DNA from: Haplodiscus bocki
Lineage: Eukaryota
Length of the DNA stretch: 64,000 nt
Direction: 5' to 3'
Assembly (NCBI GenBank): GCA_965655095.1
Contig: OZ296653.1
Span: forward strand, 45,818,001 to 45,882,000
Within the stretch, counting starts at the first letter, position 1; each line of letters opens with the position of its first letter. The notes beneath the pieces are model-generated. The model was given only the letters and a program-made list of their open reading frames with translations, did no database searches and had not been told where the DNA came from. The position numbers and the translations under genes are program-made. Below are positions 24,100 through 35,537 of the stretch, one piece after another.

Positions 24100-26400
24100 G
24101 GGACTTTGGGAGAGAAGTTCTCTCAGAAGTTAGTTTTCAAGTATTCACAATCCTGTCTTTTTTTCCTCAACTAAACTGTTTATTAACTCTAACACAACTG
24201 GTATTCTTGTTTCCTGAATACAGTGTGAAGAAGCACTTCGACTGAGGAAATTAAAAAGAATGTATAATCTTATCCAAAATTAAAACATTGTAAATCAATC
24301 TGCAAAACATCGTTGCTTTTTGTCACTCCTGGGAGACAGAATCAATCCGAAAATTTTCAAACAAAGTGAAAATTGCGTAAGAGTCAAACAAAAGTTGGAG
24401 TCACACCGAGATTGTTTCCGTCAATATATCGTGTAATAAATTGACCAATCAAACAAAAATTCTTATTTTGAAAAAACCCAATATTGGCAAAACAAACCTC
24501 GATTGAGACCTTGTCGGAAGAGTTCAAGTCGCTTGCCTTAGAGCTTTTTATTTCAAAAATCGACAGAATCGAACTAAAAACTGAACGTTTCCGCATGCTC
24601 AACCAATGAAAATTCCAATCCGAACGACACAATCAGAGATTGTTCCTTATAGGATTCATCTAGAAATGTTTTACCGTCAATTCAGTTTTTTATGGAATAA
24701 CTGAAGTTTGTGGTTTTCTTGAAGGACGAGTTGGAACATGGAGATATCTCAATATTATTGGCACCATTTTCAGTCAATTAGGACTCCCATTCCGGTGTAT
24801 GGGACAAACTTCATGATATTTGAGAAAAAATAGCCTGTCTCAAAAAAACTGAAGAATGACAGTTTGATGGAAATTTGCAGCTGGTTAAGCCGGTGAAATC
24901 TGAGTTTGAATATTGAGTTATGTCAGGACTAAGAGCATCTCCGGACATTCTTGGTCCATTAGGATTCCACTGAAAGGATGAAAATTAGGAGTTTTTGTAT
25001 TAGTAGTCCGACAGAGGTAAATAATTTTAGAATAAGAATATAAAGAAAGAAATCAAGTCTTAGTTTTGAAAAAAAACATGAGATCTAAAGTCAAAGTTAG
25101 TAGATATTAACATTAATTCCGCAGTATTTTGTCAATCAAACATCCAACTCAAGAAACAATATCAACGCTTTTGACAAAAAGTTCGTGGACAATTAAGGGA
25201 GTGTCCAATGAGACCATGATGAATGAAATTAGGCTTCTAGCTACGCAGAAAGAAATTGGCACATTTCGGGATTTCAGGACTATCAGAGTTTTGATCTCTA
25301 AAAAAAACAAAACATTCTCAAACCTTTTTTCCCCCACAAGTGTTTATCATTCGATTTAAACTTTGTTGGAAGCAGATATAGTTACGAGGAAATATGAATT
25401 TGAAAATGGAGTTGAAAGGAGAAAATTTGGAGCCATTGGACAAGCAGGAATTTTAGGACTGAACAAAAAGAAAAATCTATCAATCAAATACTTTCATAAA
25501 AGTCGAATGTTTTTACTTGACACATTGATGGGAGAAATCAAGCCAGTAGTTAAGGAGAAAATGAGTTTGATTATCGGGATAAATCTATATTGAAACCTTT
25601 TATTGGAAATTTTGGACGATCAGAATTTGGAGGCAAGGTTAAGGAAATTAGTTTTCAATTCAATGTTCTTTTTGCTAGCCAAAGTTTTCCATGGAGACTT
25701 GTGTGTTGAAAAAACCTGTAGTGATGGAAAATTATGAGTTTGAAAACAGAGGTGAATCTTCATTTTAGCACTGTTTGGAACTTTCGATTTGTCAAAGATC
25801 TGATGCAAGTGTCAAAACTTTTGGTTTCTCTGTCAAAAATTCTTTTTGAAGTCTATTTTTTTGATTAAGACCTTCATAGAGGAAATCAAACTTGTAGTTA
25901 CGGAGAATACTGACAACGAAAATAGAGATAAATCGGTCTTATTTGAACTTTTTGGGGTTTTTAGACAATCAGGGTTCTGATGCAAGAAAATAGTTTGACA
26001 ACTTCTTCATGGAATGGCTTATCACAAGTTGGAATTTTCCGGTTGAAATCTTGGTGGAAGAACTGAAGTCAGTACCCATGAAGACGTGAAAAGTTTGATA
26101 ATCGATTTTCTTCAAAAAAATAAGGGTGCTTTTTTCGCATTACCGGTCCATGAAGATTCTTACGCAAGAAACAAATTTTTTTTTGCAATTGAAAACTCTT
26201 GTACAAGTAGCAGGTTTCCAATTGATACCTAGATGAAAGAATTCAGTCTTGTGTTTTCAATGAGAAAAGTGAGTTATGGCATCAAAGAAAATCATTAGTA
26301 CTTTTGCTTTTTGGTAATCCCTTATTGTGGGGATCACAGAACGATTTATTTCAATAGAAGTTTTACTGAGTTGAAAATGTTTTTTCTGACCTTGGAAAAA
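24100..26400 (-). repeat. Second copy of the AT-rich subrepeat family (opposite orientation to 14620-16923)
   Basis: cctcgattgagaccttgtcggaagagttcaagtcgcttg matches the reverse complement of ~16775-16815; tatgaatttgaaaatgg matches the reverse complement of ~16600-16617. Confidence 0.5.
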
Positions 26401-26699
26401 CTATGATAATAAAAAAACTGATGCTCTGAAACTGGAAAAAAAAAGTTCAATTTTTTCATGTTTAATTGAGTTTCTCAACAGGTTAAAAACCTTTTTTTGG
26501 GGGTATTTTTGGAAAATCAGTTTTTTTTCTCAATGTTTGGAAAAGTATTCAGATGTATTGATTTGTTTCTTTCACGTCGGAAATTGGAAATTTTTCGATA
26601 AAAAGCCCACTTTCATAAAACACTAACTTTTGTCGATATAACCCTGTGTTTTGTTTTTTTAAAAAAGGAATGTTATAATTATGTACGGATATATACCAA

Positions 26700-26775
26700 A
26701 CATGGCCAACAGAGGGTTTCGAGCCTGCCATTTCTGGCTTCCTAACCTGGCTAATATCCACACATAAGTATTATA
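26700..26775 (-). mobile_element. tRNA-derived SINE-like fragment
   Basis: Reverse complement taatac..gtgg..ggttagga..aaatggcaggctcgaaaccc..gccatg aligns with the 14275-14362 copy. Confidence 0.5.
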
Positions 26776-28159
26776 CAAGACGCCAACCATTCTGAAGACG
26801 ATTCTACCTGTCATGGGCGAATTCAGCTAAAGAATAACACCTACTATTGAATTGCATTTTTTCGACGGAAAACAAAAATGCAGGCTGCTAGTTATTAGCT
26901 CTAGATGTTGAGTCCGTGGCTTTTGAGTTTTTGTCTTATGCACTTCTATTATTTCAAAAAAGGGTGGTGAAAGTGGAAGAGAGACAAATATTTTTTTTCT
27001 GGGAAATTGATCAAAAGCAATTTTGCAAACTTCCATGCCATAAAGAAATTCCATTTGAATGAGAATAGTGGACTAGTGTGAGATGGCCAATTTTCAAAAT
27101 TTCCCCAAAAGCTAAGTCGGTATACCTAATCTCACTTACTTCTGATCTTCTCCGAATTCAAAATGAAGTTTCATATTTTTCCTTGTTTGACCATGCAACT
27201 CAGAACGAGCTCACTGCGTGGCACCCGCGGTAAATAGGATCCTGAAAAAAACATATCTTGTTCATTTGATGGTTTCTATCAGAAGAATTGAGTTAGATTG
27301 AACATATGAAACATTCGAAAGTAAGCTCGTCACCAAAATATGTTTTTCGATTGTTTCCGATAAAAATAAATAATCTACTGAACATTTTTTCTCCCATTCA
27401 AAATTTTTTCACTTTTGGTGAAGAAAAGTGTTCCCTTATCATTTTTTCGGGATATTTTGCTGAAAAAAATTAATCTTTAACTCTTACAGATGAATACTCC
27501 GACGAAAAAAAATGTGAATTGGTACAGAGTGATCTTTGGTAAGTCACCTAGTTCAGTATAAAAGAATGTTTTTCTGCGATATTGTCAGCGAAAAATCTGA
27601 TTACCAAAAAACTAAAACAACCAATTTCAAAATTACCTATTTTGCAAAGTACTTTAAAGGTTTGTAAGTAAAGAAAAGATTTTTAACACTAACAAAGAAA
27701 AGCTCCTTTTTACCTAAAGGTAGATATAGGTTTTCGGGGCTCCTGTTTCCCTGTCAACCGAGGGTCCCATATGTGGGCGGTGAGCACAAGAACTTGCCGT
27801 TGGGGTAGTTTTCGTCGACTATCATGCGCCAATTGGTTGAGCAACTATGTAAGGGTTGAGGTCTGCTCATTAAGGGGTTCCAAGTTTGCCCCAGTTGTTT
27901 CCTCAATATGTTCGGGTCAAACCCGTCTGTTATTTGCGTTGTTCTCCTAGGCTTCAGACTGTTCAGTTTCGTTAGTCAAGTCTTCTGTTTACAGATTTTA
28001 TCGGATGTACATTTCGGTTATACATTTCACCATTTCTAAGGGTTCTGCTACTGTGGGAGAAGCTCATGCAATTAATTTACGACTTGAAGTAAGGATTTGA
28101 ATTTACGAACTTAGTTAGTAGTTGTGTTTAATATAATACTAGTTTTATGAAAATACAAT

Positions 28160-29749
28160 TGTCGCAAGACACCTGCAAAATCTGCGGGCAAGAGCTGCCA
28201 AAGGAAAGGAACATCCCCAGATCATCAGGAGACTAAATAAAACTGAACAAAAACAATGAACTTTACGTTTTATGCATATATTAATTTCATATGAAGTAGC
28301 TGATTCGTATTATAATACGTATCATCCCCGTGTACGGATCCACATTGGGACGGAACTGTTACGGAACAAACAAATTTTCACTTAGTAGTCCACTTAGATT
28401 TTAAAAGGCGCTTTAATTATTTTAATTTATATTTATTTAATGTATATCGGCCTTTTCAAAAGAGATAGAGTTCAGTATTTTAGTTATATTGACGCTGTCG
28501 ATGATATTGATAGATAGCAACCGTAGTGAAGTAAAAAAAGACGTCAAAAGTGGAAATTTGTTCCGTACGTCTTCCGTCAGTAGCAACCTGGTGATGTCAC
28601 ATTAGAGTTCACTCCAACTACTGTGCTACGTTAATGTGTAGTTTTAGCCAATTACGGAACTGTTCCCTGTTCTCTCATTCAGCAGCACTGCTACAAGTGA
28701 ATATGGAACCGTTCCAGTACGGTTTAATAGAAATGAGAGACGGGCTAGGAACACTCATAGTTCAAGTCCAGTTTACACCTCAAATGAAGCGCAGTATACT
28801 GACATATAATTTTACGCACTTAATCATGAAATCTTGAACTCTTATTATTCGAATTTTTATTTTGTCCCGGGAATCATCCTAATATATTAGAATTAAGGAA
28901 GAACCCTTCGATTTGTTGTTTTTAGTAAAATTTTTTGTGTCCGCACGAGAATAGCTACTTTGATGTCCGATTCTGTTGGATTAGGTCCATACATTTTCTG
29001 TCGAAACATGGAAAAAACGGAGCCTGTGAGGGAACAAAGGATAGAAAGGTGTTTATTTCCTGCCGGAGTCCGCATTTTCTCTTTGTATGTAATATAATTA
29101 AAATGCTTCTTCCTATTTGTACCTTGGAACGGCATGTAAACAATTGTGTTTCCCGTCAGGGAAAAGGTATAAATAGGACAAACGAAAGTACTGCTTTTTA
29201 ACATTCCTATTATCATTTTATTTTTCAATTGACTGTCTATATCGCCAGTAGTTGTTATCTCGAAGAGTTACATTTTGTTGTACTTTCAAGTTTAGTTAAA
29301 AATACGAAAAAAATTCAATCTTCACTACCGCCCAGCATTTTTTCTTCGAAAAATAGCAACATTGAAAAAGGAGAGGAAGTTGTCGGCCGTTACTAGAGAA
29401 ACAAAAGCGGAACAACCTAGGAACGGCCAGTCACGAAACAAGAATCAATGAGGAATACATAACTCAAGTTTCCCAGGATATTGAATGCAGGGTCATTTAA
29501 AAATTGTCCTAGGAGCTCAGCAGGATAGATTCCCGCATTCTGGGTGCTCTGTCTAAATTAGGCGAATTTCTGTTGAACCCGCAGGTACGGACACAATCCG
29601 GAACCGTTCGGGAGTATCTTGGAACACAGACGTAGAAAACCAGGAGCCAAATGGTGATCTTTCCCAGAATGATCCTCATCCTGAAGTGGGATCCTCCGTC
29701 TATCAGTCCCATCACTCAGTTGATTCAGAGCCGGACGAGGCTCCTCAAA
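28160..29749 (+). mobile_element. Solo LTR (~1.59 kb) with exact 5-bp TSD ACAAT
   Basis: ACAAT|TGTCGC...CCTCAAA|ACAAT; internal TATAAATA ~29168; decayed ORF ~29353-29749 runs to the 3' end. Confidence 0.75.
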
Positions 29750-30190
29750 ACAATTTTAGATGCAAATGGATGTAAAGTGATGTGGTTGTTTCTGGCTAAC
29801 GAGGATGCGCACATAGTGAGATGAGAAGTATCGTCTGCAACGTAAACAGGTTGCTGGCAACTATTCGTCAATCACTGGTTACTGCTGGTGTATCGTTTTG
29901 GTTCAGGAAAAGGAAACAAAACTCTGATTACTGAATTGAATATTTTCCTTTCGAATTTTTTTTCGACGGAAAATGCTGATTTTTCTACTATTGTCAGACG
30001 AGAATGCCTTGTGTATGTAGAGAAATTCTTTAGATAACTCATTGGGTCCCAAAGCTGGGGTCAGAGATAACTTAACTTATTACTGCTCAGAGATTCAGTT
30101 AATTAAGTTCTCTCTGGACCGTGCTAAAATGTCTATCTCTTGATCCATCTTTTCCACTAGAATTGCCAAGTATCATCTCTGGAAGGATAA

Positions 30191-30429
30191 CCCGGGTTGA
30201 GATCTGAGAGACATTCAGCTCCGATTCAGAAACTCTCCGCAATGACGAGTGCTGTTTCAGTGCTGTTCATTGCCTGATAATCTCTGAAGAGCGCTGATTC
30301 AGCTGTGATCAGCACTGAATACAAAAATTTCAGAGAAAAAAAATTAGCCCTTATTAGAGCTGAAATTTATGAAATCTCTGAAACAACGCCGCTGTTAAGC
30401 GCTATATTGCTCTAGGCCTTCAACCTGGG
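30191..30429. mobile_element. MITE with CCCGGGTTGA terminal inverted repeats
   Basis: cccgggttga ... tcaacctggg; internal CAGCGCTG-type palindromic subrepeats. Confidence 0.75.
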
Positions 30430-30659
30430 CAATCAAGAAAAAAGTTGGTGGATAAAATTTATCGGTTGAAAACTTCAAACTTCAGCATCGTGAAGGTGAT
30501 AGCAAAAAAAAAGAAAATTGTGGAACCAAATCACGGAAAATCTGATTTGTTATCACCTAAGTTCAAAAAGATCGATAAAGAATACGACATTGCTCAAGGA
30601 ACAGGTGTATCAAAGGACAATGTGAACAGACTGTGTCCAAATTAGTCTGAATGTTTCAG

Positions 30660-30745
30660 ATAAATTTCGTGCGCAACATATCACATTCCGCTCAAACTCT
30701 GCCTGTGGTGGTGCATGGTCACTTCCCTTTTATCAATTTCAAAAA
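30660..30745 (+). CDS. HS2ST1: HS2ST-like exon B (catalytic HGH)
   Basis: INFVRNISHSAQTLPVVVHGHFPFINFK; acceptor tttcag, donor gttagt; too short for the ORF track. Confidence 0.9.
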
Positions 30746-32643
30746 GTTAGTTTCATGTCGTCTTGAGCATTCAATAAAAGCAGTTTTACCTGAAATCAAA
30801 GAAAGTAAGCAAACTGGTTTTGTTTGAATCTTATATATTTTTTTGTATCTGATATGTGTGTTAAACTTGTATCATACTGCGGCTATTTGATGTTTTACTT
30901 TCAGCCATAAACTCTTGTGCAATTTTCACTTCACTTCATAGGTCACTATATATAACTACCATATCCATATTCCTTCTATGTTGCTCAACTCGGGATGTTA
31001 TCACCTATGATGCTGAGATGCCAATTGTTTTGACGTCAAAATTCAAGTCAAAATTCAAGTCTTTTGTAAAATAAATGACTTTTCGCATCGTCTGAGCATA
31101 AAAGAATGTCATCTTTGGCTAATTTGAATTCGAAAATCTCAAAAAACAATTCCGCTGATGAATCATCACCGTCATTTGCAGATCAAACTTTCTATTATGA
31201 AGCAGAAAATCCAGAAAACATCAGTCATTCCACATCAGACGTAACTTTGCCTGAAATAGAGATCATGACGGCATCCAGCATCGCCACTGATTCGGTGTTG
31301 TGTCAGAACAACTCCGCTCCTGTCTTTTTACCCAAAATTTGCACTTCGAAAGAGAGTAATTCAACCATTACCAACCAACTTGGAAAACGAAAGTCAGAAC
31401 TCTGAACGACTACTAATCGATAAAAATAACCGGCAGTTTCAGTGACAATTAATTTTCAAAATGAAATTTTTGGACAATTTTCCCACTTGAGAAAATACTT
31501 GCAAAAACAGAACATTGTTAAATTTTAATCTAATTTTTTACTTCCCTTTCAGAAATAAAATTGGACCAGTATTTCCGACGATATCCTAATTTTTACGCCT
31601 TTTCGACCATTTTTTGGACTTTTTGCTGAAAATATTTTCATACACAAGAAAATTTTGAAAACTCGTCTGATGCTTTTCTGTAGTCAACGATGTCCTCGAA
31701 AATTTTCCACTTTAACATTTAACACTTTTTCAGGAAACAAACTCCTGAGTAGCAGTCGAAAAAAATTGTTTGCTATGCTCAATCTTAGTACCTTGGGACT
31801 GAGTTGTCAATTCAGTTTTCGTTTGACCGCCTAAAGAGTTTGTTTCCTGAAAGAATGTTAAGGGTGAAAAGTTATAGAAGACAACATTGGCTGCAGAAAT
31901 CATCAGTCAAGCTTTCCAAATATCTAGTGTATAAAGAAACTTTCGGCAAAAATTGCAAAAAATGGTCAAAAACCCGTAAAGTTCAGTGTATAATAACTTT
32001 TCAATTACTGATTCAAATTCCTCACAATATGCACGATTAAAAGTTAATTTAAATTCTATGAAAATTTTGTTTTACAAGTTTTTCCCAAAGTGAGAAATTG
32101 TCTACAAAATTTGGACTTGAAAACTGACTCTCATTAAAAATGAACTGATTTTTATTTTTGTCAGCTAGTGTAGCCTTTTCAATTTTAACACTCTGGGTGG
32201 AAATTCATTGTTAGCATACGGTTTGGCACGAAAGTTGGTCACTCCCAACGTGAACGTTTCTTCGTGAAAAGTCGGCCGTACTGCTTTGACTTACTTTCAT
32301 CTCGTTCATGTCTGAGCGATGAATTTCCGCAAAAGTCGCACTGCCTATCAAAACTTAGAAAAATTGGCCCTATAGGTCGAGTAATGTTTGTTCGTATCGT
32401 CTACTCTACTGTCAACTTTTTTGGGCCAGGAACGAAACATTCATTGATGGTTGACAATAAGCTTCTCTTGCTTATTAATCGGTCACCTAAAGCTACAGTA
32501 ATTATCGGTCGGATTTTTATTACACTGAAATCATCTAAATTTTTCACAAAATTGAAGATGAAATTACTTTCATCTATCCAAGCTAAGAATCTCATATCTG
32601 AAGCCAATTGCAAAAAAATTAAATTGTAACCATTTTTTGATAG

Positions 32644-32782
32644 GTTAGGCTCTCCGGTCTCACCTTTGTACATCAGTCTAGTGAGGGATCCGATACAGCG
32701 TTTAGTGTCGTCATACTACTTCAAAAGGTTTGGTGACACATTTAACGGCGACAAACGTCACAGCAGATACAGAGACGTAATG
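32644..32782 (+). CDS. HS2ST1: HS2ST-like exon C (3'-PB motif)
   Basis: [25 protein letters not shown]; acceptor tttttgatag; donor gttggt at 32783 (alternative in-frame gtaatg at 32777). Confidence 0.88.
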
Positions 32783-32880
32783 GTTGGTTATAGTTAATTT
32801 ATCATAAAAATAGATTCAAATCTTGATTATAAAAATAGATTGAGTGATAAGTTAACGAATTTCTTGTTGGGTTAATGCAG

Positions 32881-32978
32881 AGTTTTGACGAATGCTGTGC
32901 CAGAAACCTCACAGAGTGTAGTTCCCAATCTTTGTGGTTACAGATTCCTTACTTCTGCGGAAACTCTCTTCTATGCTC
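32881..32978 (+). CDS. HS2ST1: HS2ST-like exon D
   Basis: SFDECCARNLTECSSQSLWLQIPYFCGNSLLC; acceptor tgcag, donor gtgagt. Confidence 0.92.
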
Positions 32979-33361
32979 GTGAGTCCAAACTATAATATTA
33001 TTTTCAGGTCTCAGCTTTAAAAGATTAACTTTCAACATTAATGAACATCAATTACTCAAAATTTTGAAAGATAAATTGAGAAGTGAAATTTTTTATGTTC
33101 AATGAAAAATTAAGGATGAAGAACATTCGTGAGTCTTTTTTCCGTTTCTGGTGGCTAACATTTTTTGACAACTAAGATTTCATGGGGTCTTGTTTCAACT
33201 GTGATATTTTTAGTAAAGTCAAGTTTCTCAAGAAACCCTTTTGCAACATAATGCGAAATCGATGTATTCAAAGTTAGGACATTTTATTCTTGATTTTGGA
33301 CGTAATTTACTTCTTTAGCAAAATTTCGTAGAAGCAGACAAATAAATTTCTTACTTAAATC

Positions 33362-34459
33362 TCAGTTTTTCTCAGCTTCAGACATATTTTCGTGAATCCA
33401 CGTGGTCACTGTAGACACCTTCGCATATACACCGGGGTAGTTTTTCTTCGCACATCCGTTGCCCCAGGAAACAAGACCTGCCACAAAAAACTGCCCAGAC
33501 TTTTGTTTACAAACAAGGGGAGCCCCGGAGTCCCCTTGACATGCATCTGCTTGTGAATTGAGGTACCCTGCGCATATCATGTAATCAGTAAAGTACTTCT
33601 TCTTATGGTTGAAAATGTCTATACATTCGTCTCGTGACAGTATTGGTATATAAATTTCTTGTAAAGTTTTTGGGTAGTTTGTAGTTTGGTAATCCGTTAC
33701 CCCCCAACCTGCAACAAAACACATATAGTCTGTGGTAATATTCAGTCCGTATTCAGGCAGACAAATTGTGTTGCAAAAGTAGTTTTTTTTGACACGTTCG
33801 TTCAAAACAACAATAGCAAAATCGAAGTTTGCGGTGTCAAAATCGTAGTTTGGGTGAAGTTTGTAGTTCTTGATTGACAGTTTTTGAGTACTGGGCTCAT
33901 AGAACTCAGGGTTTGTATGATATTTCCCAGCATATAAAGAGTATTCTACAGGCACATCGAAGCAGTGAGCAGCTGTGAGAACCACTTTCGTGCTAATTAA
34001 AGCACCTGTGCATATAACATGGCCGTTGTGAACAAATTGAACCAGCCAGGGAAACTCTGCACTGGATTCCGGAGCGTGACCTCTAATGATTCTTTTGCCG
34101 ACAAACGAAGTTTTACGTTCCAACATTTCCATCTTGAGAAGTCTTGTGTCTGAAGTCAACGGAATCCGAGTTCCACATGTTCCGGTTGAAAATTTAGCAT
34201 CGGGGAAGCAGTCGTAGCTAGTGATTTTGTCGCAACTCCGGGCGTCTTTCGAAGGTCCAGAGCAAAAGGGCAATTTTCCTTGACACACTCGGGTTCTTGT
34301 TTCAGTAATGGCAGAATTAGGATGGCATAGTTCTGAACACTCTTCGGACCATGGACCCCATTCGCTCCATCGAGACCATTTCGAAAGAAGATTTTTGCAC
34401 AGAATCGGGTCGATAAAAATTAATAAGAACAGTAAAATATGCATATTACAACTTTCCAT
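33362..34459 (-). CDS. Secreted TSP1-domain trypsin-like (S1A) serine protease, intronless, nested in HS2ST intron
   Basis: ATG in strong Kozak context (GCCACAATGG) at 34459 (ORF-track start 34531 is TTG); signal peptide HILLFLLIFIDPILC; TSP1 WSRWSEWGPWSEECSELC..RTRVC; activation site KR-IIRG; triad TAAHC / NFDFA / GDSGAP; S1 Asp in DACQGDSG; AATAAA on minus strand ~33283-33288. Confidence 0.95.
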   Translation of the reverse strand: MESCNMHILLFLLIFIDPILCKNLLSKWSRWSEWGPWSEECSELCHPNSAITETRTRVCQGKLPFCSGPSKDARSCDKITSYDCFPDAKFSTGTCGTRIPLTSDTRLLKMEMLERKTSFVGKRIIRGHAPESSAEFPWLVQFVHNGHVICTGALISTKVVLTAAHCFDVPVEYSLYAGKYHTNPEFYEPSTQKLSIKNYKLHPNYDFDTANFDFAIVVLNERVKKNYFCNTICLPEYGLNITTDYMCFVAGWGVTDYQTTNYPKTLQEIYIPILSRDECIDIFNHKKKYFTDYMICAGYLNSQADACQGDSGAPLVCKQKSGQFFVAGLVSWGNGCAKKNYPGVYAKVSTVTTWIHENMSEAEKN

Positions 34460-34605
34460 TGTGGCAGTCTGCAATGGATACTGAAACACAATTTGTTCTT
34501 CAAGACGTGTGTTTTGAGAGCTAACATTCAATGTTTTTCAAACTTCAGTAAATGCGTCGATGTTTGTCAACAAAATGTCATGTTCATGGGTTTGACGTTT
34601 TTTAG

Positions 34606-34766
34606 TGAAAAAAGAAGTTTTGAAGCATTGGAGATGGCGAAAAGACGAGTCGAAGAAGAGTATCTTCTCGTGGGGATGACCGAAAAGCTGGGTGCGTTCG
34701 TTGAGACATTGGAAGCCTTACTACCTCAACAATGCCATGGAATTTCTCGTCTATACAAAACATCAA
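34606..34766 (+). CDS. HS2ST1: HS2ST-like exon E
   Basis: EKRSFEALEMAKRRVEEEYLLVGMTEKLGAFVETLEALLPQQCHGISRLYKTS; acceptor ttttag, donor gtgagc. Confidence 0.92.
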
Positions 34767-35155
34767 GTGAGCCAAACATGAAACTTCAAAGCATGACTAA
34801 ATTTCAATCAAAGGTTTGCATAACTAATGCTTAACAAATGTGTAAACAAGTTGTACATAAAACTTTTGTCAGAATATTGGCTGAAGAGGTGGAACATTTA
34901 AATTTATAAACAACTACAAGGAACATGGCCTGAGAATGTAAGTTTCCTGTGAACAAAATCAGTTGATCGTTTCATGTCATTAATATCTCATTACAGTGAA
35001 TGAAATAAAGGAATATTCTGTGCAAGTCGTACATAAACCGTATCTACCAAACTTGAATCATTTTGTCGTTCCTTGCAGAAGGTTCGGGCTGAAGAATATT
35101 GCTTTAGCCCTTTCTTGAAAAATATTACCATAGTGAAAAATCTAGTTCAGTATTT

Positions 35156-35340
35156 CCCGGGTTGAGGTCTCAGAGGATTTCAGCGCCGACCAGCGCTGTT
35201 TCAGTTCTAATTCAGCCCTGGAAAATCAATTTTTAGAGCAACAAATTAAGCACTGAACAGCGCCGTTTCAGCGCTGATTTCTTCTGAAACAAATCTGTTT
35301 CAGCGCGGATTTTCTCAAAGAGCTCTAAGTAGCGTACATT
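35156..35340. mobile_element. Left arm of CCCGGGTTGA-family MITE
   Basis: cccgggttgaggtctcagaggatttcagcgc; inverted match at 47659-47689. Confidence 0.65.
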
Positions 35341-35537
35341 TTTTGAGGAATCAAGATGACAATTTTTGGCTGATTTTTCAGAACTTTTTTCAAAATTTTC
35401 GAAGAATCTCAATTTTGAGGTACATAATTCAAATTTGCAGCCCTTATTGCTGATATTCTTAATCAACGAAAAACACTTGAAATATAGAGCAGTACCTACT
35501 ATTATTTTTAACAATCTCTTATACTAAGAGAAGCGCT

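Noticed and set aside
34460-34531. N-terminal extension of the protease
   Set aside because: Track start is TTG; the first ATG in good context is 34459, just ahead of the signal peptide
34439-34834. Stand-alone 131-aa gene from the ORF track
   Set aside because: Only 34606-34766 is HS2ST-like and bounded by splice sites; the rest is intronic read-through
35079-35140. Additional HS2ST exon after a good-looking acceptor (ccttgcag)
   Set aside because: Exons E and F already join in frame with no gap against HS2ST; the translation is not homologous
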